The translations under genes and the position numbers were made by a program. DNA of 63,091 nucleotides, the filler included, from Globobulimina sp. (taxonomy: Eukaryota), in NCBI GenBank assembly GCA_003354225.1. It is 40 parts of 40 records of this genome, joined end to end, with 100 filler letters (N's around TTAATTAATTAA, not from the genome) between each part and the next. Parts side by side here need not be neighbours in the genome. Positions count along the whole stretch, not along the records: positions 11,068 to 12,548 come from PIVH01016005.1; positions 12,649 to 14,128 come from PIVH01016006.1; positions 14,229 to 15,708 come from PIVH01016007.1; positions 15,809 to 17,288 come from PIVH01016008.1; positions 17,389 to 18,868 come from PIVH01016009.1; positions 18,969 to 20,448 come from PIVH01016010.1; positions 20,549 to 22,028 come from PIVH01016011.1; positions 22,129 to 23,608 come from PIVH01016012.1; 32 more parts are not named here. One strand, given 5' to 3'. Below the pieces are notes generated by a model. That model searched no databases, was not told where the DNA came from, and saw only the letters and a program-made list of their open reading frames with translations. Of the stretch, positions 11,068 to 24,019 are shown in pieces (position 1 is the first letter of the stretch; every line of letters begins with the position of its first letter).

Positions 11068-12495
11068 TTGAAAATATCAAATTATATGATAAAGTGCGAT
11101 ATTTTCAACCAAATTTAACCATATTTTACGTGGTTGATTTTAACTGCTATCCATTGCGTGGCATTCCCAGCGACGTATTTCCATATTTACGCAGTCAACG
11201 AATCAGCAAATCAAAGCAAAAAACAGTTAAAAATATATGTTTTCATATTCAAAATGTTCTGTACAATGAGAAATTTCTGACTGTTTCTTGAAATCTTGAC
11301 ACATTACACACAACAATCTCAGACTTACGATCCAATCATTTTCAGTTCGAATTTGTTTCAAATGCACAAATATGCATTGCCAATGATGGACGCCAGCGGC
11401 GATTTGTTGACTGATACCAACCATACGGAATTTCAATATGATTTAAAGAATTTAACCTTGGAAATCAATATCGAACCTGTCTCACTTGGACTGTTTCGCT
11501 TATATTTGATGATGGATAATAGTAATAAGCAAATGCAGCAACAATGGGGTTTTACAGAGCATGATAGCGACCAAATCAAGGGTCTATTTGTGGACACTCC
11601 GCCCATTTTGACTTTTGCTACGTTTGCTGCAGCAATGCTGCATTCTATATTTGGTGTTTTGGCCATGAAATCTGATGTAAGTTTTTGGTACACAAAGGAC
11701 GGCGCGCATTCATTGAAAGGCTTATCGACAAATAGTGTCATATTCCAATGTATCTCTTCCTTTGTGATCACTATTTATTTGATTGATTCTGATCAGACAA
11801 ATAAAATCGTCATTGCTTTTATGTGCGCGGAGTGCATTTTGGGGCTCTGGAAAGTAAAACGAATTTGGGACATTAAGGCTAAGATTGAGTTTAAAGAATC
11901 CATTGAAGATTATGTAATATCTGAGTCTGAGTCGGATTCGAGTTCCGATGCCGACGCTGATTCTGATGACGAGTAGGCAAAGAAAAGAAAGAGGAAAAAA
12001 GCTATGAATAAAAAGAAAAGAAAACAAATTGCGAAGAAGAAGAAAGAGAAAGAAATTGCAAAGAAGAAGAAAGAGAAAAAGAAAGAGAATGTAGAAAGTC
12101 TAGAAACAGAGAGTTTGGACAGCCGGGCAACGCGGTGGATGTTACTCGTAATGATACCGATTGTGATTGGATATGGAATTTATGCCTTTTTTTATCTGAA
12201 ACATAAATCAATTTTGTCCTTTATAATCAATGTGAGTGCCTCATGTGTTTATGGTTTGGGATTTATTCATTTAACACCTCAATTATTCATCAACTATGAA
12301 TTACAATCCGTTGATTCATTGCCTTGGAGGGTGTTAATATACAGGTTTTTCAATACGTTCGTGGATGATTTGTTCTCATTTGTCATTGATATGCCGTTAA
12401 TGCATCGGCTAGCGTGTTTTCGTGACGATATCGTGTTTTTTATATTTTTATTCCAATGGTATAAATATGGATCAAAGAAAAGAAAAACTGATTGA
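11068..12495 (+). CDS. CLPTM1: CLPTM1-family lipid scramblase (5' partial; intron 11226-11322; in-frame TAG at 11974-11976)
   Basis: LHSIFGVLAMKSDVSFW, SLKGLS, GFIHLTPQLFINYEL.SV..LPWR..YRFFNTFVDDLFSFVI.MP.MHRLACFRDDIVFFIFLFQW. Confidence 0.9.
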
Positions 12496-12648
12496 TACTT
12501 TTGATTTCATTTTGATTTCTTTCACGATAAACTGATAGATTTAAATAANNNNNNNNNNNNNNNNNNNNNNNNNNNNNNNNNNNNNNNNNNNNTTAATTAA
12601 TTAANNNNNNNNNNNNNNNNNNNNNNNNNNNNNNNNNNNNNNNNNNNN

Positions 12649-14128
12649 AACAAGCTGGCAAGAAGCCAGTTGGGCAGAAGTGGCAGAGTTATGTGGTACA
12701 ATACATTGAGTCATCGGTTAGTATTTGATACACCGGCTGGTGTAAATGGGATATTATCCCCGACCCAAAGCATGACAGTGGCAGATGACCGATGTGATCG
12801 ACCCATTCAACCGTATGAAGATGAAGATATTGTACAAGGCTTATTATCCTTTGATAGTCATAAATGGGATTTTAATAATTTACGCGTCAATATTTATAGA
12901 GCGCAATCTGTGCAATGTGATTATACAAAATTTTTACCCAAACCCCAATCGTATTGTTTTCCAGAATATTTCTCCATGTCTCCTTTACCGGAATTACCCG
13001 GCGGCAAATTCTTAGCAAAAATCCGCTTACCCGAAGAATTTAGTGCCCATCGAAGATATTCCTCTGTGCAAATCAAAGTGGATTATACCGCGGCATCGGA
13101 TGCCATCAAACAAGGCGTGGATAAATTAGATGCTCCATACAATACACAAAGGAAAGATTTCATACTAAAAGTGGTTGGAGAAGAGGCGTATATGTATGGC
13201 AGACGAAAGATCATTGATTATGAAGCCGTGCGCAATTTGGTGCGCAATGAAAATGATGTCGAATTTGTACTGATCAAAAGAAAAGATTTTAAACAACGCA
13301 TTGAAAAAGAAAAAGAAAAACAAAACAAATATCAACAACAGTTTAAAACTGCATATCCGCTGCGGATTATTGAAAATATTGATAATTTATTACCGATTAC
13401 AAATACAAATTCCAATTCCAATTCCAATTCAAATACAAATACAAATACGTATCCATCAGTTATATCGTTATATGAATGTGAATGGCATTACAGGCTCAAA
13501 GTCGAAGGAGTGACCAATGCGGCAAATTTACCAAGATTTGATTTTACAGCTTGTAAATATATCTATGTTGTGGCGGAATTATTCATTGGAGATATATTGT
13601 TTGAACAGGCCACATTGACGACATCTCTTCGATCCTCCGCCATCAATGCAAGTCAGTGTCGTTGCGGCGAATGGCTGTCCTCTCGGAGTCAAACATTTGC
13701 GCAAATCCCACGTGAATCAACACTATGTTTCATGATAATGGGTGTCGCCGATACTAATAATAATGATACAAACGGGACCTGCTTAGCATGGACGAGATTG
13801 CCTTTAATTGACGAACAGAACCGGTTGCGGAGCGGCAAATACTTATTGAATATGTGGGAGATTCCAATCTTTAAATTACGAAAAGATGGACCAAAACAGG
13901 ACCCGTATGGTGGGGATCAAACATTCCGCTACAACGGTATAACCAGAGATAAAAATGTCAAACAAAATGATACATTTGCATTTGATGAACAGTGTCAATT
14001 ATTGGTTGAATTTGATACGTTTGCCTTTGATGTGATTGCACCAAAATATATTCCCTCGCTCTATAGCAATAATAATATAACCAACGATAAGTTATCGCAT
14101 CACCAATTATCGGAGCGAGATAAACATT
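12649..14128 (+). CDS. Class I phosphoinositide 3-kinase, internal fragment (Ras-binding + C2 domains)
   Basis: FILKVVGEEAYMYG..IIDYEAVR (RBD); QIPRESTLCF, LAWTRLPLID..LRSG..LLNMW (PI3K C2). Confidence 0.85.
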
Positions 14129-14622
14129 NNNNNNNNNNNNNNNNNNNNNNNNNNNNNNNNNNNNNNNNNNNNTTAATTAATTAANNNNNNNNNNNNNNNN
14201 NNNNNNNNNNNNNNNNNNNNNNNNNNNNGCTATTTCTTGCTAAAAATACAATCCGAAAAATCCAGGATACCTCATACATTACGTAAAATTTGACGTAGAA
14301 TCCATTTTTCGCACTTAGAAATCATTTCGAGCAAGTCTGGGTGTGGTTAAATTCATAAATATTTTAAAAAAGTGCAGAAAATGCTTGTTAATAGCAGTGG
14401 TGCTGAATAACCCATAAATATGTTCACATGCTCCTGAGGAACATCATGCCACAACCCATTTTGAAAATGGTGCCTATAAAGTTGATTTAGCTTACATTTA
14501 GATCATATGGAAAATCAAGTAAAATCTAGATTTCTGTGAGTTTTAAAGGGTTGATGATTATAATTATATCCTTGCTCAAACACACAATATTAATTGATTT
14601 AAGGTCTTTGTGAATGATTTAT

Positions 14623-15301
14623 TTAACGATTTGAAGCAGCCACTCTCTCGATTTCTATCTTTTTCTTAATGGCATAGGAGTTTGGCGAATTGCTTGAACA
14701 TAATATTATTTCATCAGCAAGACACTCCGACATAGATTTGATATTTCTAAAGGCCGCTCTTCGGGCACCGGCAACAATTAATGACATTGCTTGGTTGACG
14801 CGCGTCAATGGCGAGACATCCACGGCCTGTCTTCGTACCACACCGGCACTGCCGACGCGCGTCGAGTCCTCTCTCGGTCCGCCATTCTCCAATGCTTGCA
14901 ACAATATTTGCAATGGGTTCGTGTCACTCCCTTTGATCACAGCAATTATTTCTAAAGCTTGTCTAACGATATTACATGCTTTGCTATTCAGACAAGTAAT
15001 AAATAATATAAGTCAGCAAATAACAAAATAATAAAACATACATTTTTTTGCCACTATTCCTGCCGTGCATCATTAAGCAATTTGTTAAGCGTTCAACAAT
15101 GGGACATTGTATTTTTCGAAATCGTTTTTTTTGCCATCTACCTGCAGAGTGGGGATACCATCTCGGTTTCCAATGCATTTGATCTTTTAATGAGGTATCA
15201 TTTTTATTAAATTGTAAATCATATTTCCATTTTCCAAATAATTTAATTTCTTCTGCAAATTCAGTTAATTTTTTGTTCTCTTCGTCAACAATATCAGTCA
15301 T
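14623..15301 (-). CDS. RPS5: 40S ribosomal protein S5 (uS7), intron 14984-15041
   Basis: [80 protein letters not shown]; a 58-nt GT-AG intron joins the exons in frame. Confidence 0.98.
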
Positions 15302-16120
15302 ACTTTTTGATTGCAACGATGACTAGCTCACTAACAAATTTTTCACAAATCAAAAACTTTTCACAAGGATATCAAAAACTATTATTGTGAGAAATTCCGT
15401 CCACTGGTCGATAAGTTATATACATTTTATTCAATTATCTGAGAAACGCTTTGCAAATCAAATCCAGATCGAAATGGTTTGCTATAGGTTTGTCTTGGAT
15501 TTGAATACTAAAACCTGCTTCAATTTGAGTGTGTTGTTTGTGATTCAATGAGAATAATCAACAATGAATGAATTGAATTTTAATTAAATGAATTTTGAGA
15601 TTAGACTATGGCTAACTAAGTTTTTTTCGAGACCGTTACATTTAAAGTCTACTTATGTCTAAGAGGATTGCTTGCCAGCAGCGTGGATTAATAAATAGTC
15701 CTCACTCTNNNNNNNNNNNNNNNNNNNNNNNNNNNNNNNNNNNNNNNNNNNNTTAATTAATTAANNNNNNNNNNNNNNNNNNNNNNNNNNNNNNNNNNNN
15801 NNNNNNNNGTGACATTGTTGCCAAGATAATAGTTAGTAGAGAGAGGTGACTGGGTTTTCAATATTTTGGTGACAAAAGTTACATTTTTGTTGTGTGTTTC
15901 ATGATTTTTCATAATATCATTTGAACAATGAAATGTGTTTTCTTTGGCATATATTAATTTCTTTTCATGTGCAGCGGGTTAATGTTACCTCGCGGGGTTG
16001 TAATTGAAAAATGTATAATGCTAACTACTAAAGCTAAAAGTAAATAAACTAAAATTAAAATTATTAACTATTAATTGCATCATACAATTTGCATGCAATT
16101 AGATACTAAAAAAAGTCTAT

Positions 16121-16947
16121 TCATAATGTGCCGTATTGTATCATCTCTGTGTTAAGCACTTCATTCTTCATTCTTTTTTTACGAATAAAACACCCCAAAC
16201 CAACAAATAAAACTGCTAAAACCACCAAACTTAAAGTTCCAATAATTGCAACAACGACATTACCAATATTCACGTTGGACGATTCATCGATATTAACAGC
16301 TAAATAACAACAAATCAATAAAAACATATAAATTTAATTCAAACATAAACCAATACAATACCTCTCATTTTCGCATTTGACTGAGATTCTGGAAATGGTG
16401 TGTTTGAAACAAAAAAATCTGTCATTTCAGGTTCGAACTCGTCAGTGGTTGCTATCGGAAATATTCCCCCAAATTTCGTTGTTGTGTCAGAAGCAGCATA
16501 TTGGCAATTTATTGATGGAGCGCACACAAATGATGATGCAGAATGTGTGTAAATAGTTGTATTTTGACAGCTGTCATCATCACCACAAAATATTTGACAA
16601 TGCCCAGTGCCACAATATATTTCGACATTTCCTCTGCACGAATCATCATCACCGCAGATCACAGAGAAATGCGTTGCTTTTGAGCCTAACATAATTGTAT
16701 TACCATCGCACGAATCCTCTGCGCTGCAATCAATAATACATATATCACCTGGTCGACACTCTAATATTGTATTCTGACATTTTCCTTCTTCTGCACAATT
16801 TAAATAACATAATTCTCCAGAAAGCAATGGATCGCATCCACACTTATTGCCATTTCTGACTGGTCTTTTGTTTCCTGCATTACATTCCACAATCTCTGCA
16901 TTCGCAGTGTATATAAAAATAGAAATCAAAAAGCAAGTTGCCATCAT
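16121..16947 (-). CDS. Type I membrane protein with Cys-rich (SC....I.C) repeats; intron 16300-16361
   Basis: Signal peptide, repeated CGDDDSC-like units, C-terminal TM helix followed by RKKRMK; the splice joins the two ORFs in frame. Confidence 0.75.
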
Positions 16948-17388
16948 GGTGTTTGCTGATTGGTGATGAAGTTAATACTTAAAGTTTTTCAAGGACTGTA
17001 AAACGAGCATGAATGATAAAAAATCATCGGATAAACACGCAATGTGATTGTACTGAATAAAATTAAGGCTCACAATGAAAACCAAACAAAAAAAACTGAA
17101 AAAAAGCGAAAAAAAAAACAAACAAAAAACAAAGATAAAATATTTTTTATTTACATAATAATAATAATTTAAAAACAAACGTAAAATATTAAAAAAGCTC
17201 AAGCAACAAAACAAGAGCAAAGAACGTAAGCACATTCATGCAAACTACAAAAAATGTATTATATTTATTTATTTTATTTAGATAATAANNNNNNNNNNNN
17301 NNNNNNNNNNNNNNNNNNNNNNNNNNNNNNNNTTAATTAATTAANNNNNNNNNNNNNNNNNNNNNNNNNNNNNNNNNNNNNNNNNNNN

Positions 17389-17493
17389 GAAAATGAGCAA
17401 CTATTTAGTAACTATTTCAATACAAAAACGGAAAATGGTAACTATTTAGGCAACTATTTAGGAAACCTAGGCAACTATTTAGGCGACTATTTA
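17389..17493. repeat. Short degenerate tandem repeat, core AACTATTT(AG), six copies
   Basis: Core at 17399, 17410, 17440, 17452, 17473 and variant GACTATTT at 17485; sits at the contig start. Confidence 0.8.
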
Positions 17494-17651
17494 ACTTGTG
17501 TAGGCTCACCATAACTCTCACAACAACATTTAAATGTGTTTCTAAAACTTATTGCACGACGAGTCGGCTTAATATATATAAGCCATACACTTTAACGAAA
17601 TAATAAAACAAAACAAAAAAAAATTTAACAAATAATAAAGAAAAATTACTA

Positions 17652-18868
17652 TCAATATTCTTGCGAATCATTCTGTGGTACATTCAATTTAATATTCATC
17701 GGTTGCTGTTTAAAGAATTTTTTATCCTCCACCGATAACCCTTTTTTCCCACCTAACACAATATTATCCTGTGACGAATCCGTCTGTTTATGTCTTAAAC
17801 TCAGTCGATTGTTAAAATTCGCATAGTACACATCCGGCTGATCCCCTTTCGGCACCACCATGAAAAACATTTTCTTCTTTCTATCCATATGAACAGGCAC
17901 CAACTCCGCCGACCATTCATATTTAATAATATCCTCCCCATCGTATTCCGACTTCTTTCTATGTCCATTGGTTGCATACAAACTGAACCAATCCGCCTCA
18001 TTGCGGTTAGTATCATCATCCACATCATCCTCTTCCTCCTCCCCCTCCATTTGCAATCCCTTCCTATTCACACACCGCAACAATGCGCTCTGTGTACTTA
18101 ATTTCGCCATTTTCATCCTCTCCGCCTCGTATTTGCTCATAAATTGGCACTTTCGAGTGTGATAAATCGGATCTTTGTCAAACTGAACGTGCGTATAGTC
18201 GTTCTCCAGTAAGCCTTCGTGAGGGAACACATCGAACATTGCCTCCACCTCCACATTGCGCACGGGATGGCGTGACACGTTCTGTATATCCACGAAAGTG
18301 GCCGCTACGTTTTCTGCCGAATGTGGGTTATTTCGCTTATAATATTGATGATCGCTATCCTGATCGTCATCACTTTGCTCGTCATCCCAATCTCGCTTCC
18401 TTTTGCGATTACGGTTTCTGTTGTTATTTCGGTCCATATTCACCATCATGTCATCGTCGTAGCCTTTGCGTTGAGATTCGGTCAATTCCCATTCTTGGCC
18501 ACCGGTCAAATATTGCGTTTGCAATAAAAACGCTTCTTGTTCCGGCATCAACTGCTCTTCTTTGGCGTTTTTGTCATATTCGCGTTCTTCTAATAATTGC
18601 AGGATACGTTCGTCTTCTTTGCGGTTTAATTTTGTTTGTTGTTCTGGCCATTTTAGTGTGGTTTTAGTGTATAATCGAAGTGTGCGATGAATGCGGTGCA
18701 AGGATAGGAATGTAGGAATATAACAGACCATTGTCATTATACTCATATTGTGGCTTCAATGGGTTGTAATAATCGGGATCCATCAGGTCCAACGGCAGAG
18801 GGAAGAGAGAGTCGTGATGCATTTGCCATTTATAATTTAATTCTAAATTGGTGGCACAGAATTTGGTG
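17652..18868 (-). CDS. PAF1: RNA polymerase II-associated factor Paf1 (5' partial; intron 18644-18728)
   Basis: Upstream exon ATNLELNYKWQMH..LPLDLMDPDYY, then FLLQTQYLT and VAATF...HP..VE....VFP.......VQFDKDP, matching Paf1 blocks in order. Confidence 0.8.
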
Positions 18869-18968
18869 NNNNNNNNNNNNNNNNNNNNNNNNNNNNNNNN
18901 NNNNNNNNNNNNTTAATTAATTAANNNNNNNNNNNNNNNNNNNNNNNNNNNNNNNNNNNNNNNNNNNN

Positions 18969-20080
18969 ATGATACCGGATTCAACAAGTTTTGAATTGGT
19001 ATTGCTATCAATATTGGATTTAATCAATGACGAATCAATGATTCCATTCGGATCCGCATAGCAAAATAATGGAAACGAAATGCGATGCGTTTTATAGCTT
19101 TGTTTTTTGACTGCGTGATAGCACGGAACTGTGTCATTCAACAATGTCCCGCCAGTCAATCCAGTCATTACTATTATTACATCTTTTAAGTCCATTTTAT
19201 TTGATTTGATAATATCACCAACATCAATCCATTCAAAATACATTAAATCGCGTACTTGTAATCCGGGCTCATTTGCAGTTACTAATGTTATTAACGTATA
19301 ATCCATATGTTCTTCACAATTAAACTCTGCTTTTTCCTTATTCCCATAATATTGTATTGCTGCTATATTATTCAATGATAAATTGTGCGATTTTCTGTGT
19401 TTATGATATATATCACACTCTGGATATGTATCATAATCATTCTGTTTGGCTTCATTCCTCTCATTATTTTTTTCTTCAATCATTGGATTTTGTGGAAATA
19501 AATTATTCCAACATTCAATATATGATTTTTTATCTTTACATTGATTCTCCAAAAAAGCACTCATTGCATCGTTTGCTATTTCATTGTAATTATTAAATGC
19601 ATTGATTACTTTATCATTATTATTGTATTTATACAGTAATGATTTGTGTTTATTTTTAAGTGCGGGGAATAATGTTTTCTTATCATAATCCAAATGAAAC
19701 CACAGGGATTGTTTTACATTTTCCGTCGAAGTGTACCCAATGTATTTTTCATGCAGTTCACATTGCAGTGATTCATTTGAAGAAAATAATTTGTCGAAAA
19801 TATGAAATAAGTCAGTGAATGACGATTTATATTTGTCATTTATTTTAAGCAAAGCAAAGGTGTCCTTCACCAATGCGTCTGCAAATAACTTCCTATCGTC
19901 TTGGTTCTGCAAATCATAGATTTTATAGTTTGTTTTCTTTGGTTTGGATTCAGTTTGAATAGGCTCAAAGTCGTCAGAAGCAGCAGTAATGTATTTGCAT
20001 AATACGATACATAGATATCCAAAGATAAAAGAACACAACAGTAATGTGACAGTGTTAATCACGTTATCCCATGTCATCAT
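18969..20080 (-). CDS. Membrane-anchored 2-oxoglutarate/Fe(II) dioxygenase, IPNS-like (3' partial)
   Basis: HMD (HxD), PGLQV..WIDV, distal H in YHAV, RxS in RISFPLF; N-terminal hydrophobic helix. Confidence 0.88.
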
Positions 20081-20733
20081 AAAGATAGATTTAAAACAGC
20101 TTATAAATAAATTCTTTTGTCTAAATAAATCCGAAAATTAGAAGGTGTTGATGCCATCATGTACACAATCAGAAACTGAGTTACTAAAATCAATAAAAAA
20201 ATGAGATGTACGTATTATAGATTGGCCGTTACAGTGATGAATCAAATAGCTATTGAAATGTTGAATTGATCATTTTTTTAGTGTGGTGTATGCTGAAAAT
20301 GAATCAAACGTTATAATTAACTTTTTTGGCTAAGATGAAAACCAGCTTAAATAAATCTTCCCTTCCGAGTTCCGACAGAGGATTAAAAACTCCGAGCAAC
20401 AAATAATTAAATTCAGCAACGTTGTTTCGTCCAATCATACACAAACAANNNNNNNNNNNNNNNNNNNNNNNNNNNNNNNNNNNNNNNNNNNNTTAATTAA
20501 TTAANNNNNNNNNNNNNNNNNNNNNNNNNNNNNNNNNNNNNNNNNNNNTGGTGGTGATGTCATAGTAATATGTATAAATAACATTGTTTGCTGGTATGTT
20601 GTTTACTTTTAGTACAGATCCATATTTTGCAGCTCCTTCGATATAGTGATCATGAATTGTACTTTTTCAATTTAAGTTAAAATACACAATGACAATACAA
20701 AGCGAAGATGGACACAAAGCTAGAAATCATGGA

Positions 20734-21165
20734 TTACTGTTCGTGTGTAAAAACGGATAATCTTCGGTGGTCCCTGGCTTTTAATGGGGCGCATAAATTC
20801 AATACAATGAATATCGAATAAACAATAACCACTTTTAGAAATACACCACTTCGCAGAGATTCTCTGACAACATAAAAGAGTGCGATCTTGAATAAATGCA
20901 AAATATTTACACATTGTAATGCTGCATGTTTTAGTTTTATTGATCCGTGATATGCAATTTGATGCAATAATGCGCTAATCACAAATGCTAATCCACCAAT
21001 AAAGTAATAATAAACTCTTTCGTTATCGTTAAGGCTTTCTGTTGCGATAAAATTATGTAATACATCCGCTCCGATTGTACATAATATTGCATTAATTGCA
21101 ACTAATGCATTCGACCCTGCATTTACGATGAGGATATTTTTTACGTCAATAACACTCGATATCAT
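20734..21165 (-). CDS. Small multi-pass membrane protein of unknown function
   Basis: 143-aa ATG-started ORF with about four hydrophobic segments. Confidence 0.55.
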   Translation of the reverse strand: MISSVIDVKNILIVNAGSNALVAINAILCTIGADVLHNFIATESLNDNERVYYYFIGGLAFVISALLHQIAYHGSIKLKHAALQCVNILHLFKIALFYVVRESLRSGVFLKVVIVYSIFIVLNLCAPLKARDHRRLSVFTHEQ

Positions 21166-22598
21166 TTGGGATTTTGTGTTACTTTCTTGTCTGTTTGGCT
21201 TTTGTTTGTATTTCGAATTCGGAATTGGTACTGTATACTTTTAGTTGTTTGATAATTAGGAAATTTATTTCTATATTTAGATAATTAACATAATTTTTGC
21301 GGGATTTGCGGTATATGTTTAGACAGCTACAGCTACAAATTTTTTATATCACAAATTGTCACGTTTCAATATACTAAGTTTAGCAACAAATGGTTTAGCA
21401 ACAGAATGGGTGGCATCAATGTCCTCTTTATATGAAGGTAAACAACCAAATAAATTGTTGCAATGCATTTTGTTGCAATTTAACAGTGCCAGTATACTGT
21501 TGAGATGTAAACAAATCATACAAAATAGCGGATAATGCAGACATATTTTTAGTATCTCCGATTGTTTTCTAATTCTTTTTTATATTTTAGATAAAATGGT
21601 GTAATTATGTGCGGATTTTGAGTGTCTATTTGGTGCTGAATTTGTTTTAAATGTAATGCTTTGATAAATGCATCGCATGCGGAATCTTTACGAACATGAC
21701 GCCGGGATTGAATTTGCTGTCTCGTCAATTATGGATTTAAATATCATATATTATATGTATAAATGTATATTTTACTGTACAGTTAACTGGGCAATGATGA
21801 CTACATTTCCTTAATGATTCTTCAAAACAGACACAGAGAGTGTCAAATAACGTTTACTTTATTTCCCGCTGACATTATTATTGATAAGAGAGTCACTTGT
21901 TTTCTGTTAACAGTTGTGAAGTTTTGGAAATGTTCAGAACTTCGTTTTTTTTTTATTGTTTCGAGATGTCATACACAGATCTCAAACCAACGCTATAATC
22001 CAGTTCTCCTATCACCTATGAACTCATTNNNNNNNNNNNNNNNNNNNNNNNNNNNNNNNNNNNNNNNNNNNNTTAATTAATTAANNNNNNNNNNNNNNNN
22101 NNNNNNNNNNNNNNNNNNNNNNNNNNNNGGAGGAGTGGGGTGAGTACTTTTAATTAATCCACGCTCCCAGCAGGCAATTGACTAAGTGTTTTTCAAGTTG
22201 GTAAGTATTAGTAGCTAAGAAAAAGTTAGTTGGCACGAGTCAATTTGTTAAAAACTTTGTTTTTACTTTTTAGAAACACGTTCGTTATCCGACTTGATAT
22301 TACTAGCTGACTTCTGGTAATAGTATTTTACCACAATCCGGACGTTTCCTTTAATTTCTAAATATTTCAAAAGTTAAAAGGGTACGATTGTCGCCTTGAG
22401 ATGGAATTTATTGTGATAATATTGAATAATATAATATTGAATTCAATCACCATAATTAAATTATAATTGCCAAAGACCATTAAATGAGCTAAGACAAGCG
22501 GCCCATTTCCCAAATGTGATATTTTTAGGAAAAACAAAAAAATTCAAAAACAAAAAAGTAAAGTTTGCAATGAGATGTATAAATCCTAAACAAAAACG

Positions 22599-23566
22599 TT
22601 ATAATCTATTATTAACAAACATTATTTCAGCACGTTCATCATTATCCACATTATGATCATCATCACTTTGACTTTGTTGTGATTGTTCATATCGATGTTC
22701 CCTTTTTTTCCGTTTATGTCTTTGTGACGGAGTATCGAAATTTTTATCAATGGTTAATTTTATCTTTGTAGGATTCGGAGACACGGCATATTCGATTATA
22801 TCATATAAATTTTCTAATTCATTTGATAAAATATAATATAAAATTAATAATAATATCAATGCAATTAAATCAATAACAAAATACAAGACAATCACTGTAA
22901 TATTATGATCATTTCGTTTATTACTAATATCATTTGCATCAATTACAGAATTGCTCCATAAACGTGTTTGGAATGTAAACACACATTCAATTATCCATAA
23001 AACAGAAACAATTAAAGCAATCCATAAAAACCGAGTTAATAAACCATTGAATGTCAAACAACCATTTCTTTCCAAATCGTTTTTGGTTAAACGGAGTTCA
23101 TTTTTTATTTCTAATTTTATCAATGAATATGATGTCCAAACACATAATACAAAGGCTGTCAAAAAAGCTAATAAACCAAATGTTACCTCAGCTGTTTTTG
23201 AAAAAGAAATTGACAACAAATCAAAAAAAGAATATTTAACAAACCAATTGGTAATGGAATAGATTGAGAGTGTTGAATAATATGTAATATCATCATTACA
23301 ATAATCATAATAAACACAATTGCTCGAACAACACGAAATATTGCCGTTAAACTTGTCTTTGAAACAAGAGTGCTAAAATTAAATTGTATCCACGAATGAA
23401 ATAACCACATTGCCAATAATGAATGCGAAAAAAATAAAGAAAAACTCATAAAATAACAAAATATTTGGTCACCCGCCATTTTAGGTACTTTATATAAATA
23501 TAAATTGAATGCAAATCCAAGCATCGCCGTCGCCATTAACATTATATATGCAATAATTATTGACAT
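22599..23566 (-). CDS. Multi-pass membrane protein split over two frames (intron or frameshift near 23375-23490)
   Basis: Two overlapping hydrophobic ORFs; the downstream frame opens right after ...TTTAATTTTAG (HSCFKDKF...), consistent with a splice acceptor. Confidence 0.55.
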
Positions 23567-24019
23567 TCGCTTTGAGTGAAACTGTTTTTTTTGGTTTGTG
23601 TTTAATTTNNNNNNNNNNNNNNNNNNNNNNNNNNNNNNNNNNNNNNNNNNNNTTAATTAATTAANNNNNNNNNNNNNNNNNNNNNNNNNNNNNNNNNNNN
23701 NNNNNNNNTTCTATTTTTACCAATATTAATAACCTGAAACATCCAATAGAATGTCAATTTGGACCATAACGGCGAGTGTGTTTGTCTCCAGGCTACGTTG
23801 CCGTTCATGTTCATAATAACGACGAGCTATGCTTTTATAGTTTTTTTTTTGATTTAACAACAACTTTAAGTGTGGCAAAAAACAAAAAGTCTTTTCGATC
23901 ATCTTCGTGTCATGTCGTCGCAACGGACGTAATTTTAGCCGCAACCAAAGTAATCGTATTATTAGATCTCCAGCTTAAGTAATCATATTATTCATCTCAG
24001 CAGTCAAGTTTATCCAACT

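Noticed and set aside
13399..13450. NT/NS hexamer repeats in PI3K and AAT runs elsewhere
   Set aside because: Ordinary low-complexity Asn-rich coding insertions typical of AT-rich protists.
14229..14560. Possible transposon-derived sequence downstream of RPS5
   Set aside because: It looks repeat-like, but no terminal repeats, target duplication or second copy is visible in the window.
16972..17235. Phe-rich 87-aa ORF
   Set aside because: Antisense reading of A-tracts in the upstream region of the Cys-rich gene.
21300..22028. Possible minus-strand coding remnant
   Set aside because: Only short open stretches with several stops and no recognisable motif.
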